NCBI GenBank assembly: GCA_964462865.1
Contig: CAYWZO010000001.1
Coordinates: forward strand, 17,309 to 81,308
Direction: 5' to 3'
DNA: 64,000 nucleotides
From: an uncultured Dehalococcoidaceae bacterium
GTDB taxonomy: Bacteria > Chloroflexota > Dehalococcoidia > Dehalococcoidales > RBG-16-60-22
Shown here: one piece after another, positions 47,586 through 57,104 of the stretch
How positions within the stretch are numbered: the stretch's first letter is position 1
How the letters are laid out: each line of letters starts with the position of its first letter
Notes under the pieces: generated by a model
What the model was told of the DNA's origin: nothing
The model's database searches: none
What the model saw: only the letters and a program-made list of their open reading frames with translations
Translations under genes and position numbers: made by a program

Positions 47586-48431
47586 TTAAAGCACCGTCTC
47601 CCGATGCCGGGCGCTGTGGCACTGGAAATTGACCGCTACCGGCAGGGCGGTGATGTGCGCTGGAAAAGTCTCCGCGTGCACGGCCAGGGCGGTAACCCGC
47701 CCCCCGTAACCCGCCGGGCCGATGCCCAGTTTATTCACCCTGTCTAATACCTCTTTTTCGAGGTCGGCGGTTTCCGGGTCGAAGCTGGGTTCGCCCACCT
47801 TTCTCAATAAAGCGTATTTGGCCAGGTACATCGCCTTTTCCGCCGTACCGCCAATGCCCACCCCGATAATCAGCGGGGGGCAGGGCCGGCTCCCCGCCTC
47901 ATCAACGGCCCTGACGACGAAATCCACCACGCCTTCTTTTCCCGCCGCCGGCAGCAGCATGCCCAGCCGCGCCATGTTCTCCGCGCCGCCGCCCTTGGGC
48001 AAAACGGCTATTTTAAGCTTATTGCCGGGGACGATATCGATATGAATGACGGCCGGGGTGTTATCGCCGGTGTTTTTGCGGGTGGAAAAGGGACGTTCGA
48101 CCATGGAGCATCTCAAATACCCCTCTTGGTAGGCGCGGCGCACGCCCCCGTTCACGGCGTCGTAAGGGTGGCCTTTGACGATGAGAACATCCTGCCCTAT
48201 TTCCAGAAAGACAACCGCGGTGCCGCAGTCCTGGCAGAGGGGAATCCTCTCGGCGGCAGCGATACGAGCATTTTCCAGTAAAGAACTGATAACCTCGCGG
48301 CCGGCGGGCGATTCTTCCGCATCTCTCGCTTTCCCAAGAGCCGCCAGGACATCTCCACCGAGTTCATAATTGGCCTGCTTGAGAAGATTTGAGACAGCTT
48401 CGGTAATCTCGGCAGCATAAATAAGGCGCAT
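47586..48431 (-). CDS. Class I (Fe-S) fumarate hydratase / tartrate dehydratase, alpha (N-terminal domain) subunit
   Basis: PLCQDCGTAVVFLEIGQDV, KGGGAENM and VGIGGTAEKA. Confidence 0.85.
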   Translation of the reverse strand: MRLIYAAEITEAVSNLLKQANYELGGDVLAALGKARDAEESPAGREVISSLLENARIAAAERIPLCQDCGTAVVFLEIGQDVLIVKGHPYDAVNGGVRRAYQEGYLRCSMVERPFSTRKNTGDNTPAVIHIDIVPGNKLKIAVLPKGGGAENMARLGMLLPAAGKEGVVDFVVRAVDEAGSRPCPPLIIGVGIGGTAEKAMYLAKYALLRKVGEPSFDPETADLEKEVLDRVNKLGIGPAGYGGRVTALAVHAETFPAHITALPVAVNFQCHSARHRETVL

Positions 48432-49642
48432 TACGTCAGCTCGCCCTCCGCCAGCATCTTCCGCAGTTCGATAATCATCTCGGGGACGTCAATCTTCACC
48501 GGGCACCTCTGCCGGCACCGCCCGCAGGTCAGGCAGGTGTAAGCGATGGAGGCCGCCTTCTCCATGTCCCTGCTGACGATGGCCGCCCAGACGGCGCCGA
48601 TGCCGGTAAAATACTTGTCCCCGAAGTGGCCGGCGGTGACCGCGAAAACGGGGCATTCGTAGAGGCAGCCGCCGCAGCGCAGGCAGTAAAGGGCCTGCCG
48701 CAATTTCGGGTACCTGGCCAGCCGGGTGCGGCCGCCGTCCAGGAAAATAACATGGAACTCCTTGGGGCCATGAGCGCCGTAGGTAGTGACCTTCTCGATA
48801 TCGCCGGTCTTGCTCGGGCCGGATATCAGGCTGACATAAGAGGGTATTGTGTAGTTGGCATAGCGCCAGGTTACCTCGGCGACCTTGCAGGCATCGGAGA
48901 TGGAGGGCACCAGCTTTTCCATACCCACCAGGGCGATGTGCACCGGCGGCGCCCCGGTAGAAAGGCGGATATTGCCCTCGTTTTCAATAATAAAAAGCGT
49001 ACCGGTTTCGGCGGCGACGACGTTGGCCCCGCTGATGCCGATATCGGCCCTGAAAAACTTGTCCCGCAGGAATTCCCGGGCGGCGCCCACCATGCTGGCG
49101 ATGTCCGCATCCGGCGCGATTTCCTGTCCCAACACCCTGTTAAAAAGGCGGGCGACGTCCTCACGGGGTACGTGGATGGACGGCGAGGTGATGTGCATCG
49201 GGCGGGAGCCCATCTTCTGGATAATGAACTCGCCGAGGTCGGTCTCGTATACCTCGTTGCCTTTCTCTTCCAGATACTCGCGCAGGCCAATTTCCTCGCC
49301 TGTCATTGTCTTCCCCTTGACGATGAGCCTGCCTTTCCCGGTCAGCCCGGCGATAATCCCCAGGGCCTCGTCCGCCGTCCGGGCAAGGTAGCCCTTACCC
49401 CTGTTCTCCTCGATGGCGGCGATGGCCTGCCTGGTGAGTTTTTCCATGTTAGGGATGGCCTTTTCCTTGATGGCCGTGACTTCTTCCGCCATGTCCACGG
49501 TGTGGGGAAATTTTTCCAGGGCGCTTTTAACGTTGGCGCGGAAGCTCTTGATAGCGCGTGTCAGCGCCAGCCGGAGCCGGTCGTCATGGGCCGCCCCCAT
49601 AATTTCTTTCTTATACTCTTTAAAGCCCGATGTCTTTTTCAT
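48431..49642 (-). CDS. LUD-domain (DUF162) protein fused to a 2x[4Fe-4S] domain (LutB/LutC-like)
   Basis: ISGANVVAAETGTLFIIENEGNIRL LUD core, plus CLRCGGCLYECP and CLTCGRCRQRCP. Confidence 0.7.
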   Translation of the reverse strand: MKKTSGFKEYKKEIMGAAHDDRLRLALTRAIKSFRANVKSALEKFPHTVDMAEEVTAIKEKAIPNMEKLTRQAIAAIEENRGKGYLARTADEALGIIAGLTGKGRLIVKGKTMTGEEIGLREYLEEKGNEVYETDLGEFIIQKMGSRPMHITSPSIHVPREDVARLFNRVLGQEIAPDADIASMVGAAREFLRDKFFRADIGISGANVVAAETGTLFIIENEGNIRLSTGAPPVHIALVGMEKLVPSISDACKVAEVTWRYANYTIPSYVSLISGPSKTGDIEKVTTYGAHGPKEFHVIFLDGGRTRLARYPKLRQALYCLRCGGCLYECPVFAVTAGHFGDKYFTGIGAVWAAIVSRDMEKAASIAYTCLTCGRCRQRCPVKIDVPEMIIELRKMLAEGELT

Positions 49643-50643
49643 GATTCCATCGCCATCGCGACAATTTCTGCTAAATCCAGGACCTCAATGCCTTCAACCT
49701 TAAGCTGGCGCAGGCCGTCTTTCAGCTGCATGATACAGCCCGGACAGTGCGTCACGATAATCTCCGCCCCGGTCTCCAGAAGCTCACGCGTACGGTTGAC
49801 CGCCAGCATCTGGCTCAATTCCGGGAAGACGGCTTCAAAACCGCCGCCGCCCCCGCAGCAGGTCGCCCACTCGCCGTGCGTCCACTCTGTTTCCACGAGT
49901 GTAATATTCTCAATGGCCTGCAATATCCGGCGCGGCTCTTCGATGAGTTTCAAAAACCGTACCAGCTGGCACGGGTCATGATAGGTAACTTTTACCTTCC
50001 GGGGGAACCGCAGCTTGAGCGACGGTACGGCCGCGGCCACCAACTCCAGGAAATGCTTTACTTCCAGGTCATAGCCGTCCACGTAAAGCGGGAAGAGCCT
50101 GGCAATGGCGTGCGTGCAGTACGGGACGACGCCGATAACCTGTTTGACGCCCGCAGACTTCAGCTGGTCATAGGCGTGGCGGGCATTGGCCGCAAAATCT
50201 GCCTGCAGTCCGGCCTGGAATAATGGCGCCCCGCAGCAGGGCTCGGCCTCGGCCAGGTAACCCGGCCGGAGTCCGAGATTACGGAGCACCTTTACGGCCG
50301 CCTCAAGTGGTTTGACCTCATTTTCTCCGATGCGGGAGAGGACCATGCTGTATATCCCGGGGAGGTTCAACCCCAGTTTCTTCTGAAAGCGGGCAAAGCG
50401 GAGCGGCAGTTCGGCGCCGATGACGCTTTTATCTATCCCCCTCACCAGAGACATCAGCGCTTCCAGGTGGCCGGAAAACTGGTACCCGCAACCGGCGAAG
50501 AATACGGTCTCGGCCCGGGCGGGGAGTCCCAGGCCATGGGCCCACCTGGCGCTCTGTTCCTTGGTAACACCCAGAATGTTCTGTCGGGAGATAATGTTAT
50601 CGGTGAGGTAGGTCAGACCTGGAGGTACTAAATCACTATCCAT
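49639..50643 (-). CDS. CCG-domain Fe-S oxidoreductase (LutA/GlcF/HdrD-like)
   Basis: Two Cys-rich CCG-type repeats (FFAGCGYQF...CCGAPL and YHDPCQL...CCGGGGG). I place the start at ATG 50643. Confidence 0.72.
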   Translation of the reverse strand: MDSDLVPPGLTYLTDNIISRQNILGVTKEQSARWAHGLGLPARAETVFFAGCGYQFSGHLEALMSLVRGIDKSVIGAELPLRFARFQKKLGLNLPGIYSMVLSRIGENEVKPLEAAVKVLRNLGLRPGYLAEAEPCCGAPLFQAGLQADFAANARHAYDQLKSAGVKQVIGVVPYCTHAIARLFPLYVDGYDLEVKHFLELVAAAVPSLKLRFPRKVKVTYHDPCQLVRFLKLIEEPRRILQAIENITLVETEWTHGEWATCCGGGGGFEAVFPELSQMLAVNRTRELLETGAEIIVTHCPGCIMQLKDGLRQLKVEGIEVLDLAEIVAMAMES

Positions 50644-50804
50644 AAACAAATACAAGCCCCAGCCAATAATGATACATCCTCGGAGAAAGTTGAGCAAGTG
50701 AAGGATAACACACTTAAAAGGTGCCCGCTAAATAATGAAATGATCTTTCATTGTTTAGTTTTACTTCTTTCCTTATCCGTGTTAAAATACGCCAGAAAAA
50801 CCAC

Positions 50805-50880
50805 TTGACCCAAGGCAACAAGGTATAATATAGTGGTGAGAGAACAAGGCTTGACCCGGTATTCAGGGATATATTATAGT
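50805..50880 (+). promoter_or_regulatory. Two tandem sigma-70-like promoters
   Basis: TTGACC (50805-10), 18 nt, TATAGT (50829-34); then TTGACC (50851-56), 18 nt, TATAGT (50875-80). The -10 hexamer is the same as in the nrpR-like gene promoter. Confidence 0.4.
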
Positions 50881-50894
50881 ACGAGGGGCTTGAT

Positions 50895-51878
50895 ATGTCA
50901 TTATTAGAAGTCAAAGACCTGCAAACCCAGTTCAAGACCGAAGCCGGCCTGGTCAAGGCCGTTGACGGTGTATCCTATCATATTGAAGAGCAGGAGATCG
51001 TCGGTCTGGTGGGTGAAAGCGGCTGCGGAAAATCCGTCAGCCAGCTATCCGTGATGCAGCTTATCAGCGCTCCGGGAAAAATCGCTGGCGGTGAGGTCAC
51101 TTTTGAAGGGCAGAACCTGCTTCATTTCGAGGCCAACGGCCCCGAAATGAGGGCAGTACGCGGTGCCAGAATAGCCATGATTTTCCAGGAACCCATGACA
51201 TCGCTCAACCCGGTACTGACTATCGGGCAGCAGGTTACGGAGATGCTGGTACTGCACATGAAGATGAATGACGAGGCTGCCCGCAAGAGGGGCATCGAGT
51301 TGATGAGCCTGGTAGGCATACCGGCCGCCGCCAACCGTATCGATGACTACCCCCATCATTTCAGCGGCGGTATGAGGCAGAGGGTTATGATTGCCATGGG
51401 CCTCTCCTGCAACCCAAAAATTCTCATCGCCGATGAGCCGACCACCGCCCTGGATGTCACCACGCAGGCCCAGCTGCTGGAACTGATGAAAGATATGGTC
51501 ACGCATTTCCGTGCCTCGCTGGTCATCGTGACCCATAACCTGGGCGTGGTGGCGCGTTACGCCCAGAGGATTTATATCATGTACGCCGGCCGTATCGTTG
51601 AGGAAGGCACCACTAAGGATATCTTCAGTAATCCCCGCCACCCGTACACGGTGGGCCTCCTCAAGTGCATCCCCCGTCTCGACGAAGAAGAGGGCAGGAA
51701 GCTCGTCCCCATCGATGGGCTACCACCCAACCTGATTAATATGCCACCCACCTGCGCTTTCCTTCCCAGATGCACCCAGCGTATTGACACGTGCGCGAAG
51801 GAACCATGGCCCCCACTTACCTCTGTCAACGGTGATAAAAGTCATTTCATCCGCTGTTACCTGAATAAGGAGAAATAA
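50895..51878 (+). CDS. Oligopeptide/dipeptide ABC transporter ATP-binding protein (OppD/DppD type)
   Basis: Walker A GESGCGKS, signature FSGGMRQR, Walker [12 protein letters not shown], and the C-terminal Opp-type Cys/His extension. Confidence 0.88.
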   Translation: MSLLEVKDLQTQFKTEAGLVKAVDGVSYHIEEQEIVGLVGESGCGKSVSQLSVMQLISAPGKIAGGEVTFEGQNLLHFEANGPEMRAVRGARIAMIFQEPMTSLNPVLTIGQQVTEMLVLHMKMNDEAARKRGIELMSLVGIPAAANRIDDYPHHFSGGMRQRVMIAMGLSCNPKILIADEPTTALDVTTQAQLLELMKDMVTHFRASLVIVTHNLGVVARYAQRIYIMYAGRIVEEGTTKDIFSNPRHPYTVGLLKCIPRLDEEEGRKLVPIDGLPPNLINMPPTCAFLPRCTQRIDTCAKEPWPPLTSVNGDKSHFIRCYLNKEK

Positions 51879-52868
51879 GTGAACCAGAAATCAAACAACG
51901 TTGTTTTGGACATCCAGAACCTGAAAATGTATTTCCCGGTTACCCGCGGCCTGTTGCGCCGCAAGGTCGCCGACGTTAAAGCCGTTGACGGCGTCAGCTT
52001 CAAGCTGAATAAGGGTGAAACGCTGGGTCTGGTGGGTGAAAGCGGCTGCGGCAAGACTACCATCGGACGCTGTGTCCTGGGGCTTTACCGTCCCACCGAA
52101 GGCAATATCATGTTCGGGGCCGAGGACATTGCTACCCTGCCGGAGAAAAAGCTGCGGGAGTTACGCAAAAACATGGCCCTTATCTTTCAGGACCCCTATA
52201 GCTCGCTGGACCCCCGTCAGAGTGCCGGCAGCATCGTTGGTGAACCCCTTAAAATTCACAGCATGATATTGAATAAAGCCGAATATAAAGACAAGGTGGA
52301 GCAGCTCTTCCGGGTCGTCGGCCTGGACCCCTCCATGACCGACCGTTTCCCGCACGAGTTCAGCGGCGGGCAGCGCCAGCGTATCGGAGTAGCCCGCGCT
52401 CTGGCCTGTGACCCTGCCCTCATCGTTTGCGACGAGCCCATCTCCGCCCTTGATGTTTCTATCCAGGCCCAGATTATCAACCTCCTGGAAGAACTACAGT
52501 CAAGAAGCCAGGGGTTAAGCTATCTCTTCATTGCCCACGACCTTTCCGTGGTACGCCATATCAGTGACCGTGTGGCCGTTATGTACCTCGGACATGTTGT
52601 GGAGATATGTAAGTCACGCGTGCTTTATGAAAACCCCCTGCATCCTTATACCCGTGCCCTGCTTTCCGCCGTGCCCATTGCCGACCCGTTCATCGAAGAG
52701 ACCCGCGAACGCATCATCCTCAAGGGCGAGGTGCCCAGTCCCCTTAACCCGCCGCCGGGCTGCGCCTTCCACCCGCGTTGTTTCATGGCGATACCCGAGT
52801 GCAGCCAGGCCGTACCGCCGCTGCGGGATGTCGGTGAAGGCCACGAGGTAGCCTGTATCAGGGTCTAG
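51879..52868 (+). CDS. Oligopeptide/dipeptide ABC transporter ATP-binding protein (OppF/DppF type)
   Basis: [34 protein letters not shown] and a C-terminal [11 protein letters not shown]. Confidence 0.88.
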   Translation: MNQKSNNVVLDIQNLKMYFPVTRGLLRRKVADVKAVDGVSFKLNKGETLGLVGESGCGKTTIGRCVLGLYRPTEGNIMFGAEDIATLPEKKLRELRKNMALIFQDPYSSLDPRQSAGSIVGEPLKIHSMILNKAEYKDKVEQLFRVVGLDPSMTDRFPHEFSGGQRQRIGVARALACDPALIVCDEPISALDVSIQAQIINLLEELQSRSQGLSYLFIAHDLSVVRHISDRVAVMYLGHVVEICKSRVLYENPLHPYTRALLSAVPIADPFIEETRERIILKGEVPSPLNPPPGCAFHPRCFMAIPECSQAVPPLRDVGEGHEVACIRV

Positions 52869-52883
52869 ACCAGCGTTCTCAGG

Positions 52884-52930
52884 AAAAACGGCCGTAGTCT
52901 TAAAACTATCAGGCCGTTTTCTATTTTTCT
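52884..52930 (+). terminator. Rho-independent terminator after the ABC ATPase pair
   Basis: aaaacggcc...ggccgtttt followed by ctattttt. Confidence 0.55.
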
Positions 52931-53182
52931 GGCCTATCCGTTCCATCATACACCTATTTGCTTTACACTCTGTAAGGCACTGAAATATCCCTGAAAATAT
53001 TAAAAAATGAGCAGTTCTATAAAACAGAGCCTTCTAAACCACGTTGGAACGGATAGCCGTGGCTCGGCCGACGTCAACATCGAAACAAAACTGCGCGGCC
53101 TGGCCCACGACCTCACCGAGTCCCGCATGGCCGAGACCGCTCTGAAGAAATCCTCACCCTGCTGGCCCGCGTTAAAGCAGTA

Positions 53183-53515
53183 TTGCGGCGGTCAGAGGGA
53201 CCTCCTCTAAAGGACAGCCGGGACTCCGCCGTCAGCCCCCGCCTGAAAATCGACTTCATTAACCAGAAAGTCACGCTGGATAACCAGCCCATCAGGCTAA
53301 CACCCGTGGAATACCGCCTTCTTGTCCTCCTGGTCAAGAACAAAGACGACATCGTCCCTTACGACCGCATCATGACGGATGTCTGGGAAACCAGGTTCCG
53401 GGGAGACACGGAGAATATCCGCACCTACATCCGCCGCCTGCGGAAAAAGCTCAAGGACAGCCCGCCCAGCATGATGATCAATAAACACGGGACCGGTTAC
53501 ATGTTTAAGGGGTGA
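53183..53515 (+). pseudogene. Remnant of an OmpR-family response regulator (winged-helix domain only)
   Basis: IRLTPVEYRLLVLLVKNKDDIVPYDRIMTDVWE...ENIRTYIRRLRKKL...GTGYMF is a complete Trans_reg_C domain with no receiver. Upstream frames (53007-53210) contain only scraps resembling the receiver's last helix (EEILTLLARVKAVLRR). Confidence 0.6.
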
Positions 53516-53592
53516 TTCGATGGCCGTCTATCGTTCCTTGGTGGTGGTACAGATATCTATCTGATGTAACAAAAAATTCACATTGTGACATC

Positions 53593-53621
53593 TTGACAAC
53601 GTTATAACTTTATTATATAGT
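53593..53621 (+). promoter_or_regulatory. Sigma-70-type promoter of the nrpR-like gene
   Basis: TTGACA (53593-98), a 17-nt spacer, then TATAGT (53616-21), ~45 nt upstream of ATG 53665. Confidence 0.55.
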
Positions 53622-53664
53622 GGTAATCGGTAAGTGCTTGCCGTAATAATATAAGGGGACATTT

Positions 53665-54681
53665 ATGACCTTCGGAACACAAGATGTAGAGAGAAAAATC
53701 CTTTCCATTCTCAAGGTGCTGCAAAACCTGAATAAACCCGCCGGCGGCAGGATTATCGCCCAGCGCTTGAAAGACTACGGCGTCATCCTTAGCGAAAGGG
53801 CAGTGAGGTATCACCTCCGGCTGATGGACGAACGCGGTCTGACCCGCCTGGTGGGAGGCCGGGACGGCCGCACCGTGACGGCAAAGGGACTCGACGAGAT
53901 AAAAAAAGCCCTGGTCAAAGACAAGGTGGGCTACGCCATCACCAAGATAGAGCTGCTGGCCTTCCGCACCAGTTTCGACTACAAGGAGCGGCGTGGCGCC
54001 GTGCCGGTGAATATCTCTTTCTTCCCCAGAGCCAGCTTTAAAAAGGCGCTCGCGGTGATGAGACCCGTCTTCGAAAGCGTTTACTGCCCCAGCCGCCTGG
54101 TGGCCGTCGCCAATGCCGGAGAACAGATAGAAGATGTGGTTATCCCGGAGGATACGGTCGGGCTGCTGACCGTATGCAGCATCGTCATCAACGGGGCCCT
54201 GCTCAAAGCCGGTATCCCGATGGATTCCCGTTTAAGTGGTACATTGCAAATAGATAACCACAGGCCGCTGCGCTTCACGGAAATTATCCATTATAACGCC
54301 TGCTCGCTTGACCCCACGGAAATCTTCATCAAGGCCAGGATGACCTCTGTCATGGAGGTAGTCTCAACCGGCAGCGGGGAAATCCTGGCCAACTTCAGAG
54401 AAATACCCGCCCCTTGCCTCGCCATCGCCGAAGAAGTGCTGGCGGGACTGGAAAGCGCCGGTATCAACGGCGTCCTTGTAAAAGGTGCCACCAACGACCC
54501 GGTATGCGAAGTAGCCGTTGACCCGAATAAAGTGGGCCTTATTCTGATAGGCGGCCTTAATCCCGTGGCCGCCGCCCAGGAAGCCGGCATCACGGTGGAA
54601 AACCGTAGCATGTCCGCGGTCGTGGATTATCAGCAGCTACGTGATTTCAGAGAGTTAACAGGCAAAAAAATAACAAAATAG
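53665..54681 (+). CDS. nrpR: NrpR-like nitrogen repressor (wHTH + one DUF128/NrpR regulatory domain)
   Basis: ERKILSILKVLQNLNKPAGGRIIAQRLKDYGVILSERAVRYHLRLMDERGLTRLVGGRDGRTVTAKG matches the archaeal NrpR N-terminus as I remember it. ~230 further aa are consistent with a single NRD domain. Confidence 0.7.
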   Translation: MTFGTQDVERKILSILKVLQNLNKPAGGRIIAQRLKDYGVILSERAVRYHLRLMDERGLTRLVGGRDGRTVTAKGLDEIKKALVKDKVGYAITKIELLAFRTSFDYKERRGAVPVNISFFPRASFKKALAVMRPVFESVYCPSRLVAVANAGEQIEDVVIPEDTVGLLTVCSIVINGALLKAGIPMDSRLSGTLQIDNHRPLRFTEIIHYNACSLDPTEIFIKARMTSVMEVVSTGSGEILANFREIPAPCLAIAEEVLAGLESAGINGVLVKGATNDPVCEVAVDPNKVGLILIGGLNPVAAAQEAGITVENRSMSAVVDYQQLRDFRELTGKKITK

Positions 54682-54696
54682 AAGATAGGAGAAGAC

Positions 54697-56289
54697 ATGA
54701 ATCTGCAACGCCCTAATTCTAACGAGGCCACCAGGTCGGCCAACCGCTCCAGGAGCGTATCTCCGAGTAGCGGCATCTGCACCCGCTGTATCGACGGCTG
54801 CACCGGCAACTGTGAGGTATTCAGAGCAACCTTCCGCGGCCGGGAGCTGATTTACCCCGGACCTTTTGGCGAAATAAGCGCCGGGGCCGATAAGGACTAT
54901 CCCATCGATTACTCGCACCTGAACATCCAGGGTTACGCCCTCGGCGCCAGGGGTTTACCCCAAGGCGTGGTCGGCGACCCGGACACGGCCACCTTCCCCG
55001 GCGTCAACACCGAGACGGAATACGGCTGGACGAAAAAAGTCCGGATGAAGGTACCCGTCTTTACCGGCGCCCTCGGCTCGACCGAGATTGCCCGCAAGAA
55101 CTGGGAGCACTTCGCCGTCGGCGCGGCGCTGGCCGGTATCACGCTGGTCTGCGGAGAGAACGTCTGCGGCATCGACCCCAAGCTGGAGCGCGACGCCAGG
55201 GGCAAGGTCACCGCGGCCCCGGACATGGACCGACGCATCGAAATTTACCGCCGCTACCACCAGGGATACGGCGAAATCCTGGTGCAGATGAATGTTGAAG
55301 ACACCCGGCTGGGCGTGGCCGAATACGTGAGTAAAAAGCACGGGCTCGATACCATCGAGCTGAAATGGGGACAGGGCGCCAAGTGCATCGGAGGCGAAAT
55401 CAAGGTCAACAGCCTGGAAAGGGCGCTGGAACTCCAGAAACGTGGCTACATCGTCACACCCGACCCTTCCAACCCCGTGAACCAGGCCGCTTTTAAAGAC
55501 GGCGCCATTAAAGAGTTCGAGCGTCACAGCCGCCTCGGCTTTATCGATGAAGACGGCTTTTATGAGGAGGTTGAGCGACTCCGCAAACTCGGTTTCAAGC
55601 GCATCACCCTCAAGACCGGTTCCTATGGCCTGCGCGAGCTGGCGATGGCCATCAAATGGGGCTCGAAGGCGAAAGTCGACCTGCTGACGATAGACGGTTC
55701 GGGCGGGGGCACGGGCATGAGCCCGTGGCGGATGATGGAGGAATGGGGTATGCCCAGCCTCTATCTCCACGCCGCCGCCTACGAATTCTGCCAGAAGCTG
55801 GCCGAGCGTGGCGAGAAAGTACCCGATATCGCCTTTGCTGGAGGCTTCAGCAGCGAGGACGGCATTTTTAAGGCGCTGGCCCTCGGCGCGCCCTTTACGA
55901 AGGCGGTCTGCATGGGACGTGCCCTGATGATCCCGGGCATGGTCGGCAAAAATATCCACATATGGCTCAAAGAAGGCAAACTCCCCCAGACCGTCAGCCA
56001 GTTCGGCACCACGCCGGAAGAGATATTCGTTAACTGGGAAGATGTGAAAAACATCGTCGGCGCTAATGAAATAAAGAACATACCGCTGGGCGCGGTCGGC
56101 ATCTACAGTTACGTGGAAAAATTGAGAGTCGGCCTGCAGCAGCTGATGGCGGGGGCACGGTGTTTCAGCGTCCCGGCCATCACCCGGCGTGAGCTGATGT
56201 CCCTCACGGAGGAATGTGCCAAGGTCACCGGCATACCTTACCTGATGGACGCCTACCGCGAAGAGGCCATGGCTGTCCTGAACAGCTAG
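54697..56289 (+). CDS. Glutamate synthase-related FMN/Fe-S protein (GltB central-domain family)
   Basis: An N-terminal Cys cluster CTRCIDGCTGNCEV and the hallmark LTIDGSGGGTGMSPW. Confidence 0.78.
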   Translation: MNLQRPNSNEATRSANRSRSVSPSSGICTRCIDGCTGNCEVFRATFRGRELIYPGPFGEISAGADKDYPIDYSHLNIQGYALGARGLPQGVVGDPDTATFPGVNTETEYGWTKKVRMKVPVFTGALGSTEIARKNWEHFAVGAALAGITLVCGENVCGIDPKLERDARGKVTAAPDMDRRIEIYRRYHQGYGEILVQMNVEDTRLGVAEYVSKKHGLDTIELKWGQGAKCIGGEIKVNSLERALELQKRGYIVTPDPSNPVNQAAFKDGAIKEFERHSRLGFIDEDGFYEEVERLRKLGFKRITLKTGSYGLRELAMAIKWGSKAKVDLLTIDGSGGGTGMSPWRMMEEWGMPSLYLHAAAYEFCQKLAERGEKVPDIAFAGGFSSEDGIFKALALGAPFTKAVCMGRALMIPGMVGKNIHIWLKEGKLPQTVSQFGTTPEEIFVNWEDVKNIVGANEIKNIPLGAVGIYSYVEKLRVGLQQLMAGARCFSVPAITRRELMSLTEECAKVTGIPYLMDAYREEAMAVLNS

Positions 56290-56309
56290 AAATATTAACA
56301 GGTGCGCCA

Positions 56310-56348
56310 GGAAACGGGCTCTGGGAATACGGGGCCCGTTTCCTTTTT
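56310..56348 (+). terminator. Rho-independent terminator
   Basis: ggaaacgggc (56310-19) / gcccgtttcc (56334-43) followed by ttttt. Confidence 0.75.
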
Positions 56349-56444
56349 ACGTCAATTTCCCTCACCCTTTCTCTGACGCCGGACTTGCATTCTGCCTGTC
56401 AATATTTCCTATAATAGGGGACTGTTAAATAAGGAGGCAATCAG

Positions 56445-57074
56445 ATGGCGACGCTGGAGGAGTTACAAGCCAGGATAAACCGGCTGGAGGATATCAGGCA
56501 GATTGAAAAACTGCAAAAAATTTACGGCTATTATCGTGATTACGGCGACTGGCAGAAGGTCGTCGACCTGTTTGCGGAGAAAGATGCCTCGGTGGAGGTG
56601 GCGGACCACGGCGTCTACAGGGGCAAAGCGGGTGTGAGACGGTTCTACATCGACCTGCTGGGCGGCGGCGCTGACAGGCCGCCGCGGCCGGGAGTCCTCT
56701 CCCACGTCTTCCAGCTCCAGGGCGCCGTCACCGTCGACTCCGATGGTAAGACGGCCCGGGGCAGGTGGTACGGGATGGGCATGGAGGCCCGGCCCATCGC
56801 CTCTTTACATGAAGGCGAGCTACGGCAGACCTGGATACACGGCGTCTACGAAAACGAGTACGTTAAGGAGGACGGCAGGTGGAAGATAAAGAAGCTCCAT
56901 TTCAACCTCACCTTCCGCACCCCATACGAGGCAGGCTGGCTCAAGGTGCCGGTAGTCGGCCAGCACGGCCCGGACGCGGTGATAAAGCCCGATGCCCCGC
57001 CCACCGCCTATCACCCCTACCCCTCCGGCTACCACGTCCCCTTCTCCTTTAAGAACCCGGTGACGGGCAAGTAG
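56445..57074 (+). CDS. SnoaL-like / NTF2-fold protein, paralogue A
   Basis: IRQIEKLQKIYGYYRDYGDWQKVVDLFAEKDA...GVYENEYVKEDGRWKIKKLHF...HPYPSGYHVPFSFKNPVTGK. Confidence 0.65.
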   Translation: MATLEELQARINRLEDIRQIEKLQKIYGYYRDYGDWQKVVDLFAEKDASVEVADHGVYRGKAGVRRFYIDLLGGGADRPPRPGVLSHVFQLQGAVTVDSDGKTARGRWYGMGMEARPIASLHEGELRQTWIHGVYENEYVKEDGRWKIKKLHFNLTFRTPYEAGWLKVPVVGQHGPDAVIKPDAPPTAYHPYPSGYHVPFSFKNPVTGK

Positions 57075-57104
57075 CAATTATCCCTCCAAGAAAGGCGGTG
57101 AGAT

